Shown: positions 44,849-57,400 of the stretch, piece after piece
How the letters are laid out: every line of letters starts with the position of its first letter
Position numbering within the stretch: the stretch's first letter is position 1
From: the human T2T-CHM13v2.0 reference genome, Homo sapiens
Assembly: GCF_009914755.1 (NCBI RefSeq)
Contig: NC_060925.1
Length of the DNA stretch: 64,000 bases
Reading direction: 5' to 3' (one strand)
Translations under genes and position numbers: made by a program
Notes under the pieces: model-generated
Told to the model about the DNA's origin: nothing
Databases searched by the model: none
The model's input: only the letters and a program-made list of their open reading frames with translations

Positions 44849-45692
44849 CAACAATATTCCCTGAGAAGCGTTCAATGCCCTGTTCTTTTCAATATATGGG
44901 AAAACTAAAAACAACAAAATACCATCAGGTTTACAAGACTTCCCAAGATAGATGGTCACACATGTTTTCAGGGGATATATACAAATGATTTTGATCACTT
45001 GATACCTTGAAAAGAGCTATTTTGGGACGAGAATGATATTCGTAAGTGACAAGTATGAAACGAGTGTTCAGTGACATTAAAAAAGCAAACCGACCCACAC
45101 ATAGAGGAAGAGCTTTGGACGTAGGGATGTGAAACTGGTCTTAAGTGTAATGAAAAGCCAAGATGCTGCCCCAGTAAGAGAAAAGAAATCAACATAACAA
45201 TGGGATGCAGCAAGAATACTGAGACAGGGTAGAAAATCTTTTTTAAAAGTGAATTATTCCTTCATTTTCAGTCGATACAGAAAAAACTGCAGAAGACCCA
45301 GAGGGATATCATAGCAGACTAAAAGTTTGCTATCTTTCACTTGTGGAAAAGCATTAAGATCATTTTACCTTAAAAAGAAGGTGAGGTGACTTGATGACTA
45401 CCACTAAGAAAATATAACCTTCTGGAAAACTATCCCTACCTTGATGATTTTATACACACAAGAGATGAACAATGAGGAATATGCTTATATGTATTGAGAA
45501 AGAGGTGGGCCTATAGCATTGTCACAAGGGTGCACAAATACTGAGAGTGACTGCTGAAGAAATGGTCCCCATCAGTGACCCTCAGGTGAGACCAGGGGGC
45601 CTAGTGTTTCAGCACAGCCTGGGCAATTGGAATGCAGGGTTTCTAAGATTCCATGACACCCCCACCTTCTAATTCTGTTATTGCAACTGCAG

Positions 45693-45848
45693 ACCGTTAC
45701 CTGGTACACTGGCTGCTACCTCCCTCACTCTTGTCAGAGTCGGAGCTACAGGCAGTGCCTTCAGCTCTGAGCTCAGGCATCCCGGTCCCTGTTTTTGCGG
45801 TTAAGGACTCTAAAGTGTTGTGTCGTGTTCATCAACTTTTTCTCAACC
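45693..45848 (+). other. NBPF6: Probable NBPF 5' UTR exon
   Basis: Upstream 'ttctaattctgttattgcaactgcag' acceptor and GTAAGT donor at 45849, giving a 102-nt intron to the ATG exon (acceptor at 45950). The TSS cannot be seen. Confidence 0.6.
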
Positions 45849-45985
45849 GTAAGTTAACAATTCCAGTAATTGTCATCTCTCAGTCCTGATTAAACCTAAT
45901 TGATTTCACTAGTTTTTGACCCATCATGTGTCTGGGTTTCTTCTCCCCAGTCCCTGGCTCTACCTCTTCTGCCACAAACGTCAGC

Positions 45986-46163
45986 ATGGTGGTATCTGCC
46001 GACCCTTTGTCCAGCGAGAGGGCAGAGATGAACATCCTAGAAATCAACCAGGAATTGCGCTCGCAGCTGGCAGAGAGCAATCAGCAGTTCCGAGACCTCA
46101 AAGAGAAATTCCTTATAACTCAAGCTACTGCCTACTCCCTGGCCAACCAGCTGAAGAAATACA
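45986..46163 (+). CDS. NBPF6: NBPF coding exon 1 (MVVSADPL...QLKKY)
   Basis: Acceptor at 45950, agcATGg, donor GTAAGT at 46164; 178 nt. Confidence 0.92.
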
Positions 46164-48360
46164 GTAAGTTCTATAGATTCACAATGATGAACGTGATGAA
46201 TGATCACCTGTGTTCTGAGAAACTGAACGGTCTTTTCATCGAAATTAATTTCATCCTTCCCATACTTCTAGGAAAATAGAAGTGGATGTTTTAACCTCAT
46301 TTTGTTAAACATGGAAAACAGAGGCACAAAGTATTTAGCAACTTTTCCACATTGGCAGTCTGGTGTGAGGTGGGACTAGACTTAAAATCCTACTTATTGT
46401 CTTCTGACACAGGCACAGAACCACCTGTTTTCCTCAGTAAGAGGCTAAATCATGTTTATGAGAATCCTCTCTGTACCATATAAGATTCTACAGACAAGTA
46501 ACATCTAGTCTGTTGGTCTAAATGTCTGGGACTAATGAACTTCCATTCAGTTCAAGCTTCTTTGAGGCCCAATAGGCAAAGCTCCATCCAGAGGACCCTG
46601 GGGGAAACATGGCAACTGTACAGAGTACCCACTCTAAGGAGCTTAAAGAGGAGACTGCCCCTAACAGAAACTGTGATATCTGTGACACCCTTCAAAGCAC
46701 AGAGTGTCCCAGTGAAAGGGAAGTGCTGCTTCCTGGGGCACAGGCTCTTATTCCTGAAGAGGAAGAAAGATGGCACATGAGACATTGTAGAGGTAGCAGT
46801 GTAGTGTGCAGAGCAGGGACCCTGGGCCAGTCTCCTGGGCTCCATCCAAGTTGCCTATCTTCTCTGTGCCTCAGTTTCCTCATCTGCTCATTGAGGACTA
46901 TAATAATACCTACCTCTGTAAATTACTGCAATGAATTACATGACCTATTTCTTGTAAATTTCCTAGAACAGTTCTTGGAACAGAGTAAACACTATCTATT
47001 AGTTCTTCATTCTACTATTTCTAACTTAATTCAAACTTTAGTAGTATTTGGGCATATTTCTACTATAGCCTCACGGTCTTGTGCCTCATATTTTATGCAA
47101 TTATATCCAGATATGATTTTTTAAATGTTTGACATATTCGCACTTGAAATTCCCAGTACAAGGGAAACTTTGGGTCCCATAGTCCTAGGGCCTTCCTGAC
47201 TGTATAGAAAATCACTACTTCATGCACCAGTGCAGTGTTTTACAGGAGAGGCCGCAAGGCTTGGGAAAGTGGCCCAGGATTCAGAGTCAGACCTCAGGGG
47301 CTGTGAATTCTGACTCCGCCTTCTTCCAGGTGAATCATCTTGTCAAGTTACTTGATGTGCCCTTGTGTTTCTTTCTCCCCATCCCTGAGCTGGGGAGTAT
47401 CAGATGCCAGAAAGTTGGGAGGTTGATAAATAAAGATGTGGAAATGCCTGCCTGGAGCCTGGTACTGGAGCTGCTTTCGTCCTTGGGATGGATGCTGCCG
47501 CCTGCCCTATAGACACTGACCCCAGCAGCATGTCCCACCTTCCACTGAGGCAGGCGTGTCTGTCTTTTCTCAGAGTGTGAAGAGTACAAAGACATCATAG
47601 ACTCTGTGCTGAGGGATGAACTGCAGTCCATGGAGAAGCTGGCAGAGAAGCTCAGGCAAGCTGAGGAGCTCAGGTGAGCGGGCCCCATTGGGGGCAGGCA
47701 GATGGGCAGGGGTGTGAATCTCTGAAGTGCAGCAACTCAGCTGGGAGAACTAAGAGCTGAGCTGGGCCAGGACAACGGCAGGCATTTACATGGCAGGCAC
47801 GTGTCACACAAATATTTATAAAACAGAGAACAGTCATCTTAGTAAGTTATGGGTTGTAGTTGTTTCTTAAGCCTTGTTTTCTCTTCTTAAAACCACTGAT
47901 TGTTGAGGTAAAATTTGCATAACACAAAATAAACCAAAAAAAGTGAACCACTCAGAAGCATTTAGGATACTCAGAATGGTGTGCGATCACCACCACCTTT
48001 ACTCTTCGTCAGAATCACCTCTTGACTGACTGTGGCGTTTCATTTGTTCAATCAATATTGCCTTCTTAACACTGTCATTCTTTTCTTCTTTCATCTTTCC
48101 AATTCACCCCATCTGCACCTGGCCACATTTCTGTGCATGGCTTTGTATCTAGTCACTGCAAGATGCGCTATGTGAATTTTCACATAGAGATGCCCATGGC
48201 CAAAGTGAGGAACTGAAAGGACATCCTTGTGGAACTGATTTAGGAAGACGCTAACTTTTGTTTACAGAAGAAAAAGATGAGTGGAACATCTGTGAGGATC
48301 TTACAGAAGCACTCTCTCATATATCAGAAGGCTGTGTGTGTGTGTGTGTGTGTGTATGTT

Positions 48361-48407
<47 letters not shown>

Positions 48408-51400
48408 TCTTCTTTCTCTTGGCCACAGACATTTCCCCAAACATGTTCTGACCTTCTGCTTGGAGGTCTCCTTGAGGACATTCTCACAGAAACCTCTGTT
48501 GCGGTATTAGAACTGATCACTCATCCCTTTCCATTATTAAATGTTCTCTACTATCTCACCTTAGGCAGTATAAAGCCCTGGTTCACTCTCAGGCAAAAGA
48601 GCTGACCCAGTTACGGGAGAAGTTACGGGAAGGGAGAGATGCCTCCCGCTGGCTGAACAAGCATCTGAAAACCCTCCTCACTCCTGATGACCCTGACAAG
48701 TCCCAGGGTCAGGACCTCCGAGAGCAGCTGGCTGAGGGGCACAGGCTGGCAGAGCACCTTGTTCACAAGCTGAGCCCAGGTAAGGTGGCCATGGGCCCTG
48801 ATGACACACAGCTTCAGGCTTATGAAAGTCCCCAGACCTCCACACCTCCACAATGACAATTGTATGGGTAGTGTTTCTTTCCAGTAAACTTTTGTGGCCA
48901 CGACATGATCAGAATTTCTTGGGTGGGAGCAGAGATGGGAAACCCATGGGGTGGAGGTTACAGAATGGCAAATGTATCCTCCTTTCTTGATGGAATGTGG
49001 TCTTTAGAGCAAGAGGCAACATCCGTCCAGTTTTAAAGAACAGGAAGGAGGCTGTGACAGGAAGCAGCTTTTAGAGTGAAAGGAGCCCTGGACTAAGAAT
49101 GAATGTTCCCAGGATCTATCTTCAGCAATGTCTTTAGCAACTGTGGGCAACTGATTAATTTATCCTTCCTGGGTTTCTGTCTCTAAATCTGTAAAAGCAA
49201 ACAAATTGTCTCTTGCATTCAAATGTGGGAACACTTATGACTATATTTCACAATGAGATAAAGCCCCTTGCTGTGTGGTGTTGGAGAAGGCACTTGATGT
49301 GGTGGCATTTGGTGGTAGGAAGTGGTTTAGACTGGAGCACTCCCCATGGAGAGATTGTCCCCGGTTAACACAGTGGAAGCCACTTGGAGGGCCCATGAAG
49401 TCCCTAATGTATGGAATACTGTGGGACAAGGTTGTTTGTCCTGTTCGAAGAGAAAGATATAGGTTCTAAATGCGAACTGTGACAGGATACAGAGCCTGTG
49501 CGTGGGAATCAGATCTGTGGCAGGATTGGGGAGACAGCTGCTGAAGTTCAGAGAGAGGCTGGGCAAGCCTCCAGTGATATGAAGAGGAAAAGGTCTTTTC
49601 AATATTTGGCCACATCTTGATGGTGACCCTCCAGATCAGAAACACATTGCCTCATGGATCAGGAAAACATGCCAGGGCATTTTTTTAGAGATAAAACATG
49701 AGAGCTTTCAGCACAGTGTGGACTTATACATGTAGATGTTTATGTCCCTGTGCACATAGGGCTCACTGTGCTTGCAGTGGGTGAAATGGGAAATATTTCA
49801 ATGGACACATCTGTATTTGCAGAAAATGATGAAGATGAAGATGAGGATGAAGACGACAAAGACGAGGAGGTTGAGAAAGTACAGGAATCACCTGCCCCCA
49901 GGTAACATTGAATAATCAGGAGCGGGTAATGGGTGGTAAAATATGAAAAAGGTCTCAGAAAGAATAAAAGGGAGGTGAAGGTAGTCACAGATTCCAGAGG
50001 CAGGATAAAGAAAGCTGCAGAGTGCACTGATTTCATGTGCTCACCCAACAAGGAAATAGCCCCATTAACGTGCTTGTCCATTGTCTTCCTGGTGCCTGTA
50101 AGCATGACCCTAGATGAACTCACCATCCCTAGGGACTTCCTGCACACACAGAGGAGACCTGTTCTCCCCTGTAGTGAAAGCCAGGATGAGATGTAAAGCT
50201 GCTTTCTACACTGTTGTCTTTAGGTTCTTTTTAGGAAAGATAAATAGCAGAGAGGCAACAAGCAGAGGAAATAGGAAGCACCTAGCAAAGTTGAACACAA
50301 AGTACAGTACCTAGACAAAAAAATTTACATTTCATGTCACAATATTAAAATTTTAAAAAAACTAGAAGGCACACCATCTCTGAAGTCTACAATGGCTCAA
50401 ATGCCTGTATAGCCATGGCCACAGTATGTTAACTACAACCCAGCTTAGACACACCATGTGGCAGCTGTTTTTGGTTCTCTGTGTGTGCTGTCAAGACTGT
50501 ACCATACAGGGACAGCTGAGTCTTCCTCCTCCTCAGCTCCTATCTGCCCAGTGCAATGATCACTAGCTGCTGTCTTCCTCTCTGGTTCCCATGGCAGCCA
50601 CGCTCTGTTGCAGACAGAAAAGGATTGCCTGTTCCCTCTTAAAAGGAACCTCTCCTTTGCATTCTGGGACCACTCTCTTAAGCCTCCTTTCAAAACCACC
50701 TAGGACTTCTTGGGGTGCAATGCCTTTTGGATTAATCTTCTGTCATCTCTATCCCACTGGGCTCATCAGAGAGGTGCAGAAGACTGAAGAAAAGGAAGTC
50801 CCTCAGGACTCACTGGAGGAATGTGCTGTCACTTGTTCAAATAGTCACAACCCTTCTAACTCCAACCAGCCTCACAGGAGCACCAAAATCACATTTAAGG
50901 AACACGAAGTCGACTCTGCTCTGGTTGTAGAGAGTGAACACCCTCATGATGAAGAGGAGGAAGCTCTAAACATTCCCCCAGGTAGCCTCTCTATTCTTTG
51001 TCCCTCCTAGCTCTGTCTAGGCTGAGGAAGATCAATTCTGAGGACAGACTGTATACATACATATTGGTTTGAATCACAAAGTATAGTGGAGCCGGGGGCG
51101 GTGGCTCCCACCTATAATCCCAGCACTTTGGGAGGCCCAGGCGGGTGAATCACTTGAGTTCAGGAGTTCAAGACCAGCTTGGGAAATGTGATGAAACCCA
51201 TCTTTACAAAAAACATGAAAAACTAGCCAGGCATGGTGGTGCGTGCCTGTCATCCCAACTACCCAGGCAGCAGAGGCGGGAGAATCACCTGAGCCCAGGA
51301 AGTAAAGGCTGCAGTGAGCCACAATTGCACTCCAGCCTGAGTGACAGAGTGAGGCTGTGTCTCAAAAAAAGAAAAAGAAAGAAACAGAGAGAGAGAGAGG

Positions 51401-54400
51401 AGAGAGAGAGAGAGAAAGAGAGGAAAGAAAGAAAAAGAAAGAAAGAAAAAGAAAGAAAGGGAGAGAAGGAAAAGAAAAGAAAGAAAGAAAGAGAGAAACT
51501 ATGATAGAATATTAAACACAGTTATGTGAGGGTCAGAGAACATTCCTCTCCTCCTAGGCCCATGGCATGGACTTTGTCTTCCTGGCCCCAATATTAGCAT
51601 ACTGGACCACAGGCAGGTGTGACAAAGTCATAGCCACCTGTGTACAGGAGGTATCTGTCAGGCCTCCTGGCTCAGTTCCTATGTCTCTTGTCACATGCAA
51701 TAATGATTTGTGTCCCTGAACAATGTCCATGGAGTTTCTATGCCTGTCACAGGCGACTGACAGTCTTGCCTATGTAATTGGAGATGTGTCTCTGGATTCA
51801 CTGTTCTCGGCCCCAGGCTTGGTCTCCTTTAGGTCAGCTTGTCCCAGCTAAGCAGTCACCTTGAAAGCAGGACATAAACACTTCTACCTTTATCTTGCTT
51901 ATAAGTTTCCCTAAACGAGGCTGGGCCCTGAGTTCTTCACCCCATGAGCGGTCAATGTTTCTGTGTAGCACCGCAGACTCTTTTTTATGCAAGGATTGTT
52001 AGAATTTATCCATCAGTTCAGTCTCCTATACAAATTTCTCTAACCATTCGTTGACCATGATATATGATGAGATAAATCAGTATTGCAACAACACTTCTGG
52101 AGAGTGGTTAGGGCAATTTTTGAAAATCTTGGGGAAAAAGTTTTGTTTAATTGTTTGCACAGACTTAGGTCAGAGGATAGGTGATTATGATCTACCAGAT
52201 GAGGGAGATTTTGTCCTATGGGTCTGGAAAGCAGGCACATCTACTTCTGAAAATAAGTCAGAATGATCCTGTCAAAATGTCACATTCTTACACTGAGGAT
52301 ATTTATGTTCTTGTGCTATGACTGGACACTTATTTGCTCTTGTGTGATTTCCTTACTGTGACCTGCTCTTCTGAATTTGTTTACAGAAAATCAAAATGAC
52401 CATGAGGAGGAGGAGGGGAAAGCGCCAGTGCCCCCCAGGTAACTGTGGATTTGTGGGCTGTTAGTTCAATAGTGACATCTGGACACCACGGATCAAGGGA
52501 AAATAGGAAGTGACGAATAGAACTGTCTCATCCATTCATCCAAGTGCAAATTGCCCCTTTAACAATGTTGTCTTCTTTATTGTGGTACTTGAATAGGTTT
52601 CAATTTCTTAATCCCTCTCAAGCATAGGAACCGACAATCACTTGAACCAGGTGAACTGACCAACCTCAGGGATTTCCTGATCTCACCTGTGGTCTCCCAT
52701 GTGGCTAATCCAGGGTGAGATGCATATATGCTTTCTGTATGTTTTGTGACAGCATGTTGGCAAGTATTTGAATGCAATCGAGAAAATTAAAAATAAAAAT
52801 TTCATATTATGTCAAAATATTGAAAAAAAAGGGGGACCTTAAAAACACAGGATCTGTGCGTTGGGAATGCCTCAAGAGCTGTGTTCACTTGGATGCTGCA
52901 TGTAATGTCAACGCAATTTGTGTAAAGGAAGTGAAGTCCCAGCTTAGTTCTCAGTGCTGCAAGTCATGATGCTTGATGCTAGTTTACAGGGAGAGTCTGG
53001 GTCCTCCTGCAGCCGCTCGTTTGTGGCAAGTGCACTGAGCACCTGCTGCTCATGTTTGCTCTGTCTCCAGGACAGTCACACTCCACCCCACATTTAGAAG
53101 GATAGATTTTTCTCTCTTGGAGGAGACCCCCCTTTGCTTTCTGTGACCACACCCTTTGTGTCCTATCAAATCACCTGAGATACTATGGTGTTGAATCTGT
53201 CTTGGTCTAACCTTCTGTCGTTCTATCCTACCTGGCTCATCAGAAAGCTGCAGGATTCTGAAGAGAAGGGAGTCCTGCAGGACTTGCCAGAGAAATGTGT
53301 TTTGTCTCATTCTAGACACCATGACAAGTCCAACTCTTACCGGCATCGTGAAGTCTCTTTCTTGGCATTGGATGAACAGAAAGTTTGCTCCGCTCAGGAT
53401 GTTGCCAGGGATTACTCCAATCCCAAATGGGATGAAACCTCACTTGGCTTCCTCGGTAGGCTCCCTATTGTTTGTACCCCAGATTTGTCCATAGTGACGG
53501 ATGTCATACCTTCAGGAAGACTCTATGCTTATATACTGGTTAAAACCAGGCTCTAGGATTGAGTTTGAAGGAAGGCATCCTATAAGTCAGAGTTGTGCTC
53601 CATTCTAGTCCAAAACCACACATTGTCTTTCATCATTGCCCCATTGGCAGATCACTGTACCCAAGGTTGACCTGACAAATTCATACCCACCTCTGCAGCC
53701 TGGGTGCAGGATGTATCTACCAGTCCTCCTGATTTAGATTTAATCTGTCATCTCACATGAAATCTAATTTTCCCTCCTAAACAACCTGAGTTTCTCTGCC
53801 TGTCCAAGGCCACTGGCAGCCTTATCGATATTCTTGGAGCTGTCATTTCCCTCGTTCACTTCTCTCAGGCTAGACTCCCTCCCCTTTTAGTAGGCTTGTC
53901 TTAGCTAAGAAGTCTCTGAGTACCAGAACATGAACACCACTATTAAATTTTGTATGTTTCTCTGAAAGGAGGCCGGGCCCTGGAACTCCCTGCCATATGA
54001 AAGGCCAATGTTTCCATGTAGCATTAGAGATTCTTTTGATTTAATCTGTCCCTCTAAATGCAAATTCTACAAAAACACTGACAACAGCTTATCAGAAGGA
54101 AACATGCTGAATACTGCAGTAACCTGCTAGGAAGCATTAAAGTAGATCCCCAGGATCTGTTAGTAAACAGGATATGGTTAACAGTTTGCTGTGACTCAAG
54201 ACAGAAGGGACTGTGATGATGACCTGTCAGATCAGGGAGATTTGCTCCATGACTCAGGAAAGCAAACCTAGTGACTTCTCACAAGGCTCACCCTGAGACC
54301 TCCTGGAAAGTTTCTCTCACAATAGCCTGTTCTCGCACTGCGTATATTTATGCCCCTATGAAGATTTGGACACAAGGTTGTGCATGTGTGAATGTGATCA

Positions 54401-57400
54401 GGTTCACCTGGCTGGTCTTCTCTTAATTTATTTACAGAAAAGCAAAATGATCTTGAAGAGGTGAAAGGACAAGAAACAGTTGCTCCCAGGTAATTGAGAA
54501 AAATCAGGGGCTGTCTATTCAGGGGTGATATCTGTGAAACTCATCTCCACAGAAAACCAGAAAGTCCTGAATATACCTAATTCATCCCTTCAGCCAACCG
54601 GAAATGATCTTTTTTAACCATGTTTTACATTTTCATTGTGAAACTTTTAATGTTTGCCATTTCTTATTAACTTCTCAAGTTCAGTACATCAAACCACTTG
54701 ACCTTGTGAACAACTAATCAGTCACACAGATTTCCTTAAAGTAAGTATACTCTTCTTATGGTGTCAACCAGCCTGAGATGCATATCTGCTTTCTGCTGGT
54801 TTTGCATTAGCACAGTGGTGAGCATTTCAAGGCAAGGAAATTAGGTAGAAAAAATTATTGTTATACCATGCACAATATTGAGAGAAAGAGGACTTGATGC
54901 CATGCGATTTCGGGGATACGATTATGCCTCAAAACCTATGTTTACTTGGCCACTACACATAAAATTTAACATCATTTAAAAGAAAGGAATGAAACCACTG
55001 TTATGGGACATGATATTCAGTAAGTCACGACTCTACCATACAGAGAGACTCAGTCTCCTTCCTCAGAAAATCATAATCTGGCTACTTTGCTGAGCACCTG
55101 ATGCTTCTCTCTCTCTCATCTCTCTCTTCCCCTCTCTCTGTATTGCAACCTACCCATGGCAACCACACTGTGCCCACCAAGAAGAGGAGAATATTTAACT
55201 GTTTAATGGGTTGACCCATTTGTTTTCTGCGATCACTCCCTCATGCCTCACGTGAAATCCAGCTAGGGCTCTGAAACTCCTTGGATTAATCTTTAGTCCT
55301 TCTTACCCTACAGGCTCAGCAGGGGACCGCTGAGAGTGGACAAGCATGAAATCCCCCAGGAGTCACTGGATGGATGTTGCTTGACTCCTTCCATCCTTCC
55401 TGACCTGACTCCCTCCTACCACCCTTATTGGAGCACTTTGTACTCTTTTGAAGACAAGCAAGTCAGCTTGGCTCTTGTAGACAGTGAGTACTCCATTGTG
55501 AACATGATAAATCTCCAATTGGTGTCCCAGGTAGACTCCGTAATCCTTGCACTTCACATCCCTGGCTGGACTGAGATGTGTCATTGGTGTGGGCGTGACT
55601 CACAGACACAGGATGATTTGCATCAGCATCAAAAATCAAGTTGGAAGCACAGATAGGGGTGGGTCAGTGAGCTTTGCTCTCTTCCTCATCTCAGACCATG
55701 CCTGTGTCACCCTGCGCCCACTGTCACGACATTGACAAATTCACACCAACCTATGCAGCACGTGCCCAACAGGTGTCTGTCAGGCCTCTTAATCTGAATA
55801 AGATTTGTCTTGCCAGCTATCGTGTTCCTTACAAGTTCCTTTCCCCAACCATGTCCTGTGAGATTCTATGCCTGCCCAATGCCTGTGGCATTTTTGTCTA
55901 CTTTTCATTAAAGATATTACCCAGGTTTCAAAGAACCTAGCCTCATTCTCTATGTCTTTGATGTTATCCTGTTTTAGCTGAGCAGTCCATTACCTTTTGT
56001 TATGTTTCTAGAAACAAGATTGGGCCTTGTCACTCCTAGATGTCACGAATAGCCAATGTCTCTTTGTATTGAACCAAAGATTCATTTTCATTCAAGGGTC
56101 TGTAGATTCCCTCCTACATTCTAGTTTCAGTGTCTAAAATCCTTGTAACCATGAACAACGTGAGTATTTGATGATTGAAAGCTGAATATTGCAGTTTTCC
56201 TTCTAGAAAGCAGCTGGGGTATTTGCCTTCAACTGGTGTGAAAAATTTGCATAACTGTTTGCACAAAATCAGGACAGATGATGTTGGGATAATGATCTAC
56301 CAGAACAGGGAGATTGCATTCCTAGGCCCAGGGAAGAAAACCAAGGCATCTCTCTCATGACAGGACCTCAGGCCTCCTGGAATATTTCTCTCACAGTGTC
56401 CTGTTCTCCCACTGAGGAAACTGACATTTCTGTGTTAGGATTGCACAGTGGATTGTTTATGTGTGTAGGAGAACCTGCTTAATCTGTCTGTCCCTTTGTG
56501 AATTTATTTACAGAAATTAAAAAGGATCAAGAGGAGATAGAAGACCAAAGCCCACCATGCCCCAGGTAACTCTGAGGAATCCTGAACAGTTAATTCAGTG
56601 TTGATATCTGGAGTCTCAGATGCAGGGAAAATCAGAGTGTGCTGAATATACCTGTTCCATCTGTTCAGCCAACCATGAAATGCCATATTCATAAGGTTGA
56701 CTCTTTTCATTGTACACCTGTATTTCTAGTTCCTCCTTATTAATTCCTTTCAATTCGTCTAATCTGCATTCAGTTGACTCTGTTGAACTGATCACTCACA
56801 GACATTTTCTGCAGTCCCCTTTTCTGTCCTTTTTGCTTAAAGTGAAGTTGAGTTGCACATCTGATGTCTGCCTCTTTGGCATTACCATGTTTGCAAGTAT
56901 TCGATAGCAGGGAAGTGAATGAAAATAAATCATGCCATGCTACAATGTTGAGAACAAGAGCTGTTGAGGATACAGGAACTCTGTGAAGACTCAAGAGCCT
57001 GTATTCATTTGGCCACTGACGCTAATTTCAACAAAATGGATGCAAAAGTGCCAAATGCACTGTGTCCTGGCAGTTCCCCACAGGGATCACTCCATCTGCT
57101 TCCTCCCCAGCTCATTGCCTGCCCAGTGCACTGAGAGCCTGTCGTGCTCTGTCTCCTACTCGAGACAGGGAAGGATGGTTGTATCTCTCTCAGGGGAATG
57201 TACTTTGCTTCCTCTGGGCCTTCCTAAGGGCCTCCCTATAGAACCAGCTGGGTGTTGGTTCTCTCTGGTGTTTATCTTCTGTCTTCTTTACCCCAGGCTC
57301 AGCCAGGAGCTGCCAGAGGTGAAGGAGCAGGAAGTCCCAGAGGACTCTGTGAATGAAGTTTACTTGACTCCCTCAGTTCACCATGACGTGTCTGACTGCC

